37,933 nt of DNA from Octopus bimaculoides (taxonomy: Eukaryota), in NCBI RefSeq assembly GCF_001194135.2, contig NC_068990.1, forward strand, positions 39,856,921 to 39,894,853, written 5' to 3'. Position numbers and translations under genes: made by a program. Below the pieces are notes generated by a model, which worked only from the letters and a program-made list of their open reading frames with translations, made no database searches and was not told where the DNA came from. Positions 12,186-23,889 of this stretch are shown one piece after another; the first letter of the stretch is position 1; every line of letters starts with the position of its first letter.

Positions 12186-13384
12186 CAGCTGCTCAGTTTA
12201 ATGTCACCACCTTTTAGCACCTCTTATGAGACTTCACCACATAGCATATATTCAGATCAAGTTTATCTCTTCCTCCAACCTGTTGTAGAGGCCTTGATAG
12301 GGTTCATGGGCATAGCTTATTATCCTGTTTAATAAATATTAAGCATTGCATCTATTATCACTCACAGAGATATTAATTTAATCTAGCACTAGTTAGTGCC
12401 TACTTCAATCATAAATCCATTAGCCAACAAGAAAACTTCTATATGGTTGCTCCACCTGCTGAGAATTGCATCTAAGTCTTCCTCAGGTTTTACTCTACAG
12501 TCTTCACAATGGTTAGATAAACAGGATAAATAAATAATGAAAATAATACTGATGAGATGATCACGGCTAGAATGCCAGTGAACAAATTTTTGACATAGAA
12601 ATATTTGTTTTAGCATATGTTAATTCTGCCATCACAAGCATATGGAAGCTACAACTCTGAACAAATTAGGTCTTAAAATCCCTACAAAGCTAAAATGTCT
12701 TACAGAATCTTCAAAATACTCTCAAAAACATCCACCATGCAATGACATTTAACAATAAAGAAGAATACATTTTACAGGAATAATAAACATAACAATACAA
12801 AGCAAGAAGTACTACTATATCCTTTGTAAACATTACAGACCTACACAGAATACGTTTAAATACTTCTCATAAAAATAAACATTTTATACATCAAAATAAA
12901 CTTTGTAAACAAGATAACTGTATTTCATGATTAATGGCATTGAAAACACCTTTATGTAAGTAAAAGATTTTTATTATCTCTCACAATATTCATGCAACAA
13001 TAATTCAGCAAAAGAAAAAAGAAAAATACAATACCAGTATTTGATCAGTGAACAGATTCCATATTATACTCAAATCAGAGCAGAGATACCTTTTACAATA
13101 GGAGTGATTTCCATCAAATTTGTTACGAAAGACATTTGTAAACTAACAGGGAATGATACTACATTAGAAATACAGGCTTTCTAAATGAAAACTATCACTC
13201 CTCTTGTTTTGTTATCTGTGCTGTTGAAAAACCAGGAAGTTATGTGTATTATAGTTTCTTCCAGTGACGTTTTTGAGTGTTAAAGTACAGTAGCTAGGGA
13301 TTGTAATTTGGTGGAGTGGATGGTGAGGACAGTGGTGATACATATATTTTCTTCCTCCTCCTTCTCCTCTTCTTCCACACTCAC

Positions 13385-13482
13385 CCGTTAATGGTACCAG
13401 TGATACCAGTGAGAGAATGAGGTTCCATCTTGACAGTTATTTGTTCAAATTGGTGAGACAGTAAACTCCAACTTGTAACTAC
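13385..13482 (-). CDS. Putative exon of the - strand gene: terminal (phase 1, GSYKLEFTVSPI*, stop 13445-13447) or internal 98 nt (phase 0 to 2, VVTSWSLLSHQFEQITVKMEPHSLTGITGTING)
   Basis: Acceptor ctcgattttaaag; a perfect GG|gtgagt donor follows 13385; the sequence downstream on - is T-rich and 3'UTR-like. Confidence 0.45.
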
Positions 13483-13896
13483 CTTTAAAATCGAGATGAT
13501 ATAAAAGTTAAAATAATGGAGACCTATGTCACAAATCTTAAAACTTAAGACAATGTAAAATGCATGTGACAAGTTTCAAAACATGAGACAATGTAGAATG
13601 CATGCAGCACATCTTGAAACTTATGACAGTAAGAAGCTATATAAATCACAAAACTTAAGACAATAACCATGATTACAAGATACTACACATAATCTAGTTC
13701 AACATACATAGACACAACTTATATTCATACATTGAAGGCACAATATATTTTAACATATTTATAAATAAATTACAAAGATGGATTACTCATGTATTTCCTA
13801 ACTGGATATTTCATTGTCACAGCATTACATATTTTAACACTAAGTTACCAACAACTAGAAGCAGTTGTCAAATCTTCCTATTGAGACACACATATA

Positions 13897-14219
13897 TCAT
13901 CATCATCATCATCATCGTTTAACGTCCGCTTTCTATGCTAGCATGGGTTGGACGATTTGACTGAGGACTGGTGAAACCGGATGGCAACACCAGGCTCCAG
14001 TCTGATTTGGCAGAGTTTCTACAGCTGGATGCCCTTCCTAACGCCAACCACTCAGAGAGTGTAGTGGGTGCTTTTACGTGTCACCCGCACGAAAACGGCC
14101 ATGCTCGAAATGGTGTCTTTTATGTGCCACCCGCACAAGCCAGTCCAGGGGCACTGGCAACGATCTCGCTCGAAAATCCTACAGGAGCCAGTCAGGCGGT
14201 ACTGGCAACGGCCACGCTC
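13897..14219 (-). mobile_element. Young family C (RTE-like) 3' tail with internal ggcactggcaacg repeats, truncated by gap
   Basis: (GAT)n tail on -; 5 mismatches in about 170 nt against the 27992-28180 copy. Confidence 0.9.
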
Positions 14220-15080
14220 NNNNNNNNNNNNNNNNNNNNNNNNNNNNNNNNNNNNNNNNNNNNNNNNNNNNNNNNNNNNNNNNNNNNNNNNNNNNNNNNN
14301 NNNNNNNNNNNNNNNNNNNNNNNNNNNNNNNNNNNNNNNNNNNNNNNNNNNNNNNNNNNNNNNNNNNNNNNNNNNNNNNNNNNNNNNNNNNNNNNNNNNN
14401 NNNNNNNNNNNNNNNNNNNNNNNNNNNNNNNNNNNNNNNNNNNNNNNNNNNNNNNNNNNNNNNNNNNNNNNNNNNNNNNNNNNNNNNNNNNNNNNNNNNN
14501 NNNNNNNNNNNNNNNNNNNNNNNNNNNNNNNNNNNNNNNNNNNNNNNNNNNNNNNNNNNNNNNNNNNNNNNNNNNNNNNNNNNNNNNNNNNNNNNNNNNN
14601 NNNNNNNNNNNNNNNNNNNNNNNNNNNNNNNNNNNNNNNNNNNNNNNNNNNNNNNNNNNNNNNNNNNNNNNNNNNNNNNNNNNNNNNNNNNNNNNNNNNN
14701 NNNNNNNNNNNNNNNNNNNNNNNNNNNNNNNNNNNNNNNNNNNNNNNNNNNNNNNNNNNNNNNNNNNNNNNNNNNNNNNNNNNNNNNNNNNNNNNNNNNN
14801 NNNNNNNNNNNNNNNNNNNNNNNNNNNNNNNNNNNNNNNNNNNNNNNNNNNNNNNNNNNNNNNNNNNNNNNNNNNNNNNNNNNNNNNNNNNNNNNNNNNN
14901 NNNNNNNNNNNNNNNNNNNNNNNNNNNNNNNNNNNNNNNNNNNNNNNNNNNNNNNNNNNNNNNNNNNNNNNNNNNNNNNNNNNNNNNNNNNNNNNNNNNN
15001 NNNNNNNNNNNNNNNNNNNNNNNNNNNNNNNNNNNNNNNNNNNNNNNNNNNNNNNNNTATATATATATAATATATATATA

Positions 15081-15563
15081 TCAGGTTGAGTAAAAAGTAA
15101 GCAACGTTTTGAAACAGGAAATTCATCACAATATATTTCAACAATGCGGAAGTTTTATTCATCAAAGTAAGTGCCATTGCAATCAACACATTTTTGCCAA
15201 CAAGTTTGTTTATTCTGGTAACTTAAAAATCTGGAGTTCTGGAGGAGATGGACTCTTTGAATGCACTTTCAGCATTGGTTTGATTTTTGAACTCCTTCTC
15301 TTGCAGGAAACCATCAAGGTGCTTGAAAAAGTGGTAGTCAGCAGGAGAAAGGCCTGGGGAATAAGCTGAGTGGGGAAGAACCTCGTAGCCAAGTTCCCTC
15401 AACTTCTGAAACATCATTAATGAAATGTGTGGTCAAGCATTGTCATGAAGAATGATTGGCCCTCTTCTTTTGTCCAGTGTGGGATGGAGGAGGAGTAGTT
15501 TTTCATTCATTTTGGCAATTTCATGGCAATATGTTTCTGCAGTGATGGTTTTTCCAAGTTTTA
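15081..15563 (-). mobile_element. 5'-truncated mariner (Tc1/mariner DD34D) transposon remnant
   Basis: Reads LKLGKTITAETYCHEIAKMNEKL...GPIILHDNA*PHISLMMFQKLRELGYEVLPHSAYSPGLSPADYHFFKHL (HDNARPH and YSPDLAPxD motifs). TIR-like end tcaggttgagtaaaaagtaagcaacgtttt sits next to (TA)n. Confidence 0.9.
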
Positions 15564-15869
15564 ACACAGTAATTCAGCAGATTATTTATCATGCCTTTAA
15601 GCAATCCTTCAGGCTCAAATACACATGGCTGGTCTTATTTAAAAAACTGAGAAAGGATACTGATCTATGAGAAAACATGGGAAAAGGTGGGAGGTGAATG
15701 CAAAAGGTGGAATGAGAAAAGATTGAATGAGAAAACTAAAGGCAAATAAAAAAAAAAGATGAAAGGAAAGAAAACCAAGAGTTGCATCCCTTTTGTCCAT
15801 CAAAATAATAATTAGTATAGCTGATGTAGAATAATTCAACTAGGAGGAGGCCAAAGTCTGTGAGACAGC
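15564..15869 (+). repeat. Left arm of exon-flanking inverted repeat
   Basis: 15599-15686 matches the reverse complement of the right arm at 82/88 nt, including a 30-nt exact run cttcaggctcaaatacacatggctggtctt. Confidence 0.92.
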
Positions 15870-15878
15870 GTACTTAAC

Positions 15879-16016
15879 CCAGAGATGGTATCCACCAGTT
15901 TGACAGTCGTTTTAGGATGTCAAGTTCAACTGCACACCACATACAATCAGGTGGAGCAGCATAGAGGAATCCACACCATATGTAAAATTGATCAAAGAGA
16001 TGTAAACCATGTGCAG
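15879..16016 (-). CDS. Putative coding exon (138 nt, phase 1 to 1): AHGLHLFDQFYIWCGFLYAAPPDCMWCAVELDILKRLSNWWIPSL; product unidentified
   Basis: Acceptor gtaacatttttcag, donor G|gttaag; only one frame is open end to end, with about 31% GC3. An alternative internal donor gtatgt gives a 72-nt phase-0 exon. Confidence 0.55.
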
Positions 16017-16157
16017 CTGAAAAATGTTACATTACTTTTGGATCCAACAGTTCCAACACATTGCTTAATTCCAGACCTGAAATTTTTCACAAATGCAAGC
16101 ACAAGGTCAAATTTCTTTTGTTAAACTGGAGGACATCACTCTCTCCAGTTTAGACAT

Positions 16158-16478
16158 GCTGTCTCATAGAGATTAGTCTCCTTCCCATTAAATTATTCAA
16201 CACCTGCTATACTAATTGTAATTTTGATGGCCAAAGGTGACACAATACTTGGTTTTCTTTCCTTTCATTTTTATTTCATTTTCATTTACCATTTGTTTTT
16301 TTGTTCCACCTTTTTGATTTCTATTTTTTGCATTCCTGTTCCTCTCATCTTTTCCTATGTTTTCTCATAGACCAGCATCCTTTCTCAATTTTTTAAACAA
16401 GACCAGCCATGTGTATTTGAGCCTGAAGAATTGCTTGGAGACATAAGGCATGATATACAATCTACCAAATTGTTGTGT
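16158..16478 (-). repeat. Right arm of exon-flanking inverted repeat
   Basis: Reverse complement aligns to 15564-15869, including atgaaaggaaagaaaaccaag, ccatcaaaat, aattagtatagc and tgagacagc. Confidence 0.92.
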
Positions 16479-16525
16479 CTCCACAGCATGAAACTGTTTT
16501 TAAATACTGTGTGTATTAAATGATG

Positions 16526-16562
<37 letters not shown>

Positions 16563-16904
16563 CCACACATACATATATACCATATATGTCAGTTTATTTG
16601 TAATATATGAATGTAAATACATAGACATTCTAACTCAGACTAAGTGATGGCACCAGCTATACTGTGTGAGAGAGACAAACAGACAGACATACACAAAGGA
16701 TAAGAGAGATATACAGAGATTATGGATTATATTCATCTTTAATATAACAGAGAAAACATTGAAACAAAGGCACTTTTCTTAGAAGATTCTCTTCTGACGA
16801 CTGATCAGCTATTTTAAGACAGAACCAATATAACAGATAGGTAAATCATTTTGTAATGTTGGTTCATACACAAAAACACAAGTAGCTTTCATTTAAGAAA
16901 TTTG

Positions 16905-17285
16905 GATATAATGTATGTGTATATACAGATGACTGCACACAAACATATAAAAGCAAGTTTGAAATATATATACACACACACGTACATACACACATATGTA
17001 TAAATATATATACTTATACATGTATTTCAGTATGTATGTATGTATCTCTCTCTCTCTCTTTCTATACATATATATGTGTGTGGGTATGTGTGTGTGTGTT
17101 TGTGTGTGTGTGCGTGCATATGTGTGTGCATGTATGTATATATGAATATATATGTGTATACACACACACACACACACATATATATATGTATGCATGTATG
17201 TATGTATATAGTACACAAAATTTCCACACATTAAAATGCTTACAAACATATATACATATATATTTATACATATACTATTTTTGTG

Positions 17286-17348
<63 letters not shown>

Positions 17349-17395
17349 TCACACACACATGCATGCACACACACACATATATATATATATATGAA
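16905..17395. repeat. (TA)n/(CA)n/(TG)n microsatellite cluster
   Basis: Directly visible. Confidence 0.9.
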
Positions 17396-17842
17396 AGCAA
17401 AATTTATATAATGGATTTGCTGCTTATCAATCAATAAGTGTCTCCCATTTAATGAAGAGTTCCACAAGAAGGGAAGTAAGTTGACAGGCAATCAGCTTTG
17501 TTGAGGAAGAGAAAGGGAGTGAAAAAATATAGGATATAGAAGAAATCAATAGTGGCAACACAAACACACAAACAGAATCATGAAATCTAAACTGTTATTA
17601 AGGAAGATTTCAGTGTTGATTGTGACATACACAGACACACACAGACACACAACCACACACATGCACACACATAAAGAGAAAAACACACACATGCACGCAC
17701 AAAGACAAGTACACATACACGCGCACACACATGCACACGTACGCACATACACACACACACTTATGTGCATGTATCTAGGTATCTATCCATTTGTTTATCT
17801 ATCAGTTTATATCTGTCTATTTATCTATGTAGTTTTGTGTGC

Positions 17843-17891
<49 letters not shown>

Positions 17892-18489
17892 TGAATGTAT
17901 AATTATATTTATATATCCNNNNNNNNNNNNNNNNNNNNNNNNNNNNNNNNNNNNNNNNNNNNNNNNNNNNNNNNNNNNNNNNNNNNNNNNNNNNNNNNNN
18001 NNNNNNNNNNNNNNNNNNNNNNNNNNNNNNNNNNNNNNNNNNNNNNNNNNNNNNNNNNNNNNNNNNNNNNNNNNNNNNNNNNNNNNNNNNNNNNNNNNNN
18101 NNNNNNNNNNNNNNNNNNNNNNNNNNNNNNNNNNNNNNNNNNNNNNNNNNNNNNNNNNNNNNNNNNNNNNNNNNNNNNNNNNNNNNNNNNNNNNNNNNNN
18201 NNNNNNNNNNNNNNNNNNNNNNNNNNNNNNNNNNNNNNNNNNNNNNNNNNNNNNNNNNNNNNNNNNNNNNNNNNNNNNNNNNNNNNNNNNNNNNNNNNNN
18301 NNNNNNNNNNNNNNNNNNNNNNNNNNNNNNNNNNNNNNNNNNNNNNNNNNNNNNNNNNNNNNNNNNNNNNNNNNNNNNNNNNNNNNNNNNNNNNNNNNNN
18401 NNNNNNNNNNNNNNNNNNNNNNNNNNNNNNNNNNNNNNNNNNNTATATACATTTGTATTTCCATATCTATATCTATATATGTATGTGTG

Positions 18490-18496
18490 TGTGTGC

Positions 18497-18533
<37 letters not shown>

Positions 18534-18737
18534 TGTGTCTGTATTTGTTCCCCGCACCCTATTGCTTGACAACCGATGTTGGTATGTTTATAACCCCTTA
18601 ACTTAGCAGTTCGGCAAAAGTGACTGATAGAATAAGTACTAGGCTTACAAAGAATAATCCCTGGTGTCAATGTGTTCGATTAAAGGCGATGCCCCAGCAT
18701 GGTCACAGTCAAATGACTGAAACAAAAGAATAAAAGA
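18490..18737 (+). mobile_element. SINE family B 3' half
   Basis: cttagcagttcggcaaaag...gatagaataagtactaggcttacaaagaataa...ccagcatggtcacagtcaaatgactgaaac plus an (aaagaat)n tail. Confidence 0.85.
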
Positions 18738-18876
18738 ATGTACAGAGCTCTTATGGAAAATTTATCTTTATGTGGGTGTAGCACCCTACATACCAACCTC
18801 TATAGGTGCACACTAAGTATATTTCCATTTAACCAAAAGTGTGTTCATATACACCGCTATACATGCACACACAAGA

Positions 18877-19786
18877 TATTGGGTCACCACACAAATAATG
18901 AGGTTTTTGTATTTCTTTTCTTTTTCAAATCTAAGATTAATATCGTTCTTTTTTTTTCTCTAAAATATACTCTCCTTCATTTTCTACAATGCTCTTCTAT
19001 CTATCTGATAGACTTTGCAAGGCCCCTCTTCCAAAAGTCACTTGTCTGTGATGAAGAATGCTCCTCTAATACTCTTCTAACGTTATCTACAGAATTCATA
19101 TTCTTTCCATCCAAATAATTTTGAAGACTGCGGAATAAAGGATAATCAGTTGAGGCAATGTCCAGCAAATTTGGTGGGTGGGGCATCATTTCCCATTCAA
19201 ACTGCTTCCTCATTTCGAATGTCATCCTTGCTGTATATGGCCAAACATTATCCTGATAGAAGAACACCTTTCATTTCGAAACCAAAGTTGGTTGTCTTCC
19301 TTCTAGCATTGAACTGAATGACTGACTGAATGACCAAATCCAAGCCTTTCTTCTAGTTCCTCAACAGTTACGCAACAGGTTTTGCAGGATGTCCTAGTCG
19401 AGCTCTACAGATCTTCCAAGATGAGGGTAGTCTTCTAGGCTGTAATTTCCGGCTCAGAATTTCTGGAACCATCGTTTACACTGGCTTACACTTATTGTCC
19501 AATTCCCATATTAATATTCCTCATAATTTCCATTGCGTTGTTGCCTTTATTGAACTCATAAAGCAAAATATGCCAAATATGCTCCTTTGTCACTTCCATA
19601 ATAGCTTTGAAAAAATAACTGTTAAAATTGAACTGCACTCTTCAAAACGTGCACTAAGAATAAGTAAATGGTAAACTTACTACCTGATTTTATAGCAAGT
19701 TGATGCACAGAGTTTATCTTGTTTCCCTCAAACTTTTAGTTCATGCAACTGAAAAAAATCTACATTATTTCTGGAATGACTCAATA
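18877..19786 (-). mobile_element. Internally deleted mariner element (about 910 bp) with both TIRs and TA ends
   Basis: N-terminal MEVTKEHIWHILLYEFNKGNNATE (HTH) and C-terminal QDNVWPYTA...PHPPNLLDIASTDYPLFRSLQNYL. TIRs tattgggtcaccacacaaataatg and (rc) tattgagtcattccagaaataatg; the central catalytic region is missing. Confidence 0.88.
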
Positions 19787-21029
19787 TGTTTGTGTGTATG
19801 TTGTGTGTATGCATTATAATATATATATATATATATACATNNNNNNNNNNNNNNNNNNNNNNNNNNNNNNNNNNNNNNNNNNNNNNNNNNNNNNNNNNNN
19901 NNNNNNNNNNNNNNNNNNNNNNNNNNNNNNNNNNNNNNNNNNNNNNNNNNNNNNNNNNNNNNNNNNNNNNNNNNNNNNNNNNNNNNNNNNNNNNNNNNNN
20001 NNNNNNNNNNNNNNNNNNNNNNNNNNNNNNNNNNNNNNNNNNNNNNNNNNNNNNNNNNNNNNNNNNNNNNNNNNNNNNNNNNNNNNNNNNNNNNNNNNNN
20101 NNNNNNNNNNNNNNNNNNNNNNNNNNNNNNNNNNNNNNNNNNNNNNNNNNNNNNNNNNNNNNNNNNNNNNNNNNNNNNNNNNNNNNNNNNNNNNNNNNNN
20201 NNNNNNNNNNNNNNNNNNNNNNNNNNNNNNNNNNNNNNNNNNNNNNNNNNNNNNNNNNNNNNNNNNNNNNNNNNNNNNNNNNNNNNNNNNNNNNNNNNNN
20301 NNNNNNNNNNNNNNNNNNNNNNNNNNNNNNNNNNNNNNNNNNNNNNNNNNNNNNNNNNNNNNNNNNNNNNNNNNNNNNNNNNNNNNNNNNNNNNNNNNNN
20401 NNNNNNNNNNNNNNNNNNNNNNNNNNNNNNNNNNNNNNNNNNNNNNNNNNNNNNNNNNNNNNNNNNNNNNNNNNNNNNNNNNNNNNNNNNNNNNNNNNNN
20501 NNNNNNNNNNNNNNNNNNNNNNNNNNNNNNNNNNNNNNNNNNNNNNNNNNNNNNNNNNNNNNNNNNNNNNNNNNNNNNNNNNNNNNNNNNNNNNNNNNNN
20601 NNNNNNNNNNNNNNNNNNNNNNNNNNNNNNNNNNNNNNNNNNNNNNNNNNNNNNNNNNNNNNNNNNNNNNNNNNNNNNNNNNNNNNNNNNNNNNNNNNNN
20701 NNNNNNNNNNNNNNNNNNNNNNNNNNNNNNNNNNNNNNNNNNNNNNNNNNNNNNNNNNNNNNNNNNNNNNNNNNNNNNNNNNNNNNNNNNNNNNNNNNNN
20801 NNNNNNNAGAGAGAGAGAGAGAGAGATAGGGTGGGTGACATAATCAAATATTACTTTTCTAGATTTACTATGGTTGCTTTATTTGTTATTATTTCCTTGA
20901 CCACCTCACCCACCACCCACTGCCCTTGTCTTCCCACTCAAATATCTTTCCATTTTTTCCTTCTTTCTTGTCATCAACATCATCATCATAAGCAGCAACA
21001 GCATTAACTTGTTTACCATTACTTGCTTT

Positions 21030-21315
21030 CTCTCTTCTTTTCTCTCTCTCTCTCTCACTCTGTTTGTCTCTCTCTCTCTCTCCTCTCTCTCTTTCTCTCT
21101 CTCTCTCTTTCTTTCCTTCATACTCTCTTTTTGTTTCTTTGTTTCTCTTTATCACACTTTGATATATACATGCATGTATATGCATGTGTGTATGGGTGTG
21201 TGTGTGCATACTCATGTGTATATATGTATATATACCTGTGTGTACATATATATATGTATATATATATTTATATTCATATATACATATATATGTATACATC
21301 TATATATATATATAT
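21030..21315. repeat. (CT)n/(TG)n/(TA)n microsatellites; similar blocks continue at 22161-22760 and 22990-23290
   Basis: Directly visible. Confidence 0.9.
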
Positions 21316-22161
21316 NNNNNNNNNNNNNNNNNNNNNNNNNNNNNNNNNNNNNNNNNNNNNNNNNNNNNNNNNNNNNNNNNNNNNNNNNNNNNNNNNNNNN
21401 NNNNNNNNNNNNNNNNNNNNNNNNNNNNNNNNNNNNNNNNNNNNNNNNNNNNNNNNNNNNNNNNNNNNNNNNNNNNNNNNNNNNNNNNNNNNNNNNNNNN
21501 NNNNNNNNNNNNNNNNNNNNNNNNNNNNNNNNNNNNNNNNNNNNNNNNNNNNNNNNNNNNNNNNNNNNNNNNNNNNNNNNNNNNNNNNNNNNNNNNNNNN
21601 NNNNNNNNNNNNNNNNNNNNNNNNNNNNNNNNNNNNNNNNNNNNNNNNNNNNNNNNNNNNNNNNNNNNNNNNNNNNNNNNNNNNNNNNNNNNNNNNNNNN
21701 NNNNNNNNNNNNNNNNNNNNNNNNNNNNNNNNNNNNNNNNNNNNNNNNNNNNNNNNNNNNNNNNNNNNNNNNNNNNNNNNNNNNNNNNNNNNNNNNNNNN
21801 NNNNNNNNNNNNNNNNNNNNNNNNNNNNNNNNNNNNNNNNNNNNNNNNNNNNNNNNNNNNNNNNNNNNNNNNNNNNNNNNNNNNNNNNNNNNNNNNNNNN
21901 NNNNNNNNNNNNNNNNNNNNNNNNNNNNNNNNNNNNNNNNNNNNNNNNNNNNNNNNNNNNNNNNNNNNNNNNNNNNNNNNNNNNNNNNNNNNNNNNNNNN
22001 NNNNNNNNNNNNNNNNNNNNNNNNNNNNNNNNNNNNNNNNNNNNNNNNNNNNNNNNNNNNNNNNNNNNNNNNNNNNNNNNNNNNNNNNNNNNNNNNNNNN
22101 NNNNNNNNNNNNNNNNNNNNNNNNNNNNNNNNNNNNNNNNNNNNNNNNNNNNNNNNNNNNN

Positions 22162-22192
<31 letters not shown>

Positions 22193-22569
22193 CATATACA
22201 TACACACATACACGCACACACACACACACATATATATGTATATATGTATACATACTCTCAAACACACACATATATACACATGTGTGAAGCGGGAAGCTAG
22301 ATAGATATAGATATATATCTATTCATACATAATTATACACACATTCACATACTATTCCATACGTAAATATATATATATATGTANNNNNNNNNNNNNNNNN
22401 NNNNNNNNNNNNNNNNNNNNNNNNNNNNNNNNNNNNNNNNNNNNNNNNNNNNNNNNNNNNNNNNNNNNNNNNNNNNNNNNNNNNNNNNNNNNNNNNNNNN
22501 NNNNNNNNNNNNNNNNNNNNNNNNNNNNNNNNNNNNNNNNNNNNNNNNNNNNNNNNNNNNNNNNNNNNN

Positions 22570-22653
<84 letters not shown>

Positions 22654-22965
22654 CATTTATACAGACACACACACGTACACACACATATATATATACGCAC
22701 AAGCACGCACACACGCATGTGCACACACACACACACACACACCCGCACGCACACACATACATATCTCTTTTTTTTTGTTTCGCATTCTCTACAAATGAAC
22801 AATATTGCAATTAACATATGTTTTATTCAATAAGAATCTCTTTTGTCTTGCTTTGATTCAAAGACAAATGGTAAATTATGAGGAACCGACTAATAACTGG
22901 AAACTATAAAATGGTTGACTGGAGAGAATTTTATTCTACACCTATTAAATTCTAGCATCACTTAC

Positions 22966-22975
22966 TTAATAGCAA
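22966..22975 (-). CDS. Candidate 10-nt microexon TTGCTATTAA (LLL+A)
   Basis: gtttcag|ttgctattaa|gtaagt; supplies the phase 0 to 1 shift needed between 27790-27844 and 15879-16016. The pyrimidine tract is weak. Confidence 0.2.
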
Positions 22976-23053
22976 CTGAAACGACCAATTTATGTTTGTG
23001 CGTGGGTATGTGTGTATGTGTGTAAGTGTGAATGTATGTGCTTCCATATATAT

Positions 23054-23149
<96 letters not shown>

Positions 23150-23889
23150 TTGTGTATATACATATGTATGTACCTAAATATGGATACATATGAATATATA
23201 CATATGTATATTAACACATACCCACGCACACATATATGTGTATATATATGTATATATACGTACATACTTACATACATACACACATACATACATAATTCTT
23301 AACTTTCATTCAAAAATAGGATACATGAAGCTCAGATGAAGAATTAATGAAGATATCAGCTTATTTGATGTACGTGTGTGTGTGTGTGTGCGTGCGCGCA
23401 TATATGCGTGTGTGTGAGTGTGTGTGTGTGTGTGTGTCTGCACATGTGTGTGTGTGTATGGTAGAACATTAAAACATGTATTCAGTTCTCTGTTTCTCAT
23501 TCTTACCCTTTGTGTCATAACATATATTCACACATACTCACATGTATGTTTATGAGTGTACGAGAGTGCTTGATAGTGCATATGCGCGTGTATACTACAT
23601 ATGTGTGTATAAATATTTGCCCAGTTTTTAATTCAAAATTATGCATGATATATGCATATATAAACAAATAAGCTTGCAAAAACAGCTGGGTATAGAAATT
23701 TATACATATATATATTTGTGTGCTTGTTTGTGTGTGTGTGTGTGTGCTTGTTTATGTGTGTGTGCGCGTGTGTGTGTGTATGTGTGTGTAGTTGTTACAA
23801 CTCGTTATTAGTATCACTATATTGAAGTGAAATCGTTATATATACATATATGTACATTCGCACACACACGCACACACATATATGTATGT

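Noticed and set aside
12389-12520. VKPEEDLDAILSRWSNHIEVFL frame on minus
   Set aside because: No clean acceptor; it could be a decayed LINE RT fragment or chance.
16371-16523. Plus-strand exon TSILSQFFKQDQPCVFEPEELLGD after a strong pyrimidine tract
   Set aside because: It lies mostly within the right IR arm; the pyrimidine tract is the reverse of the arm's purine-rich part, and there is no good donor.
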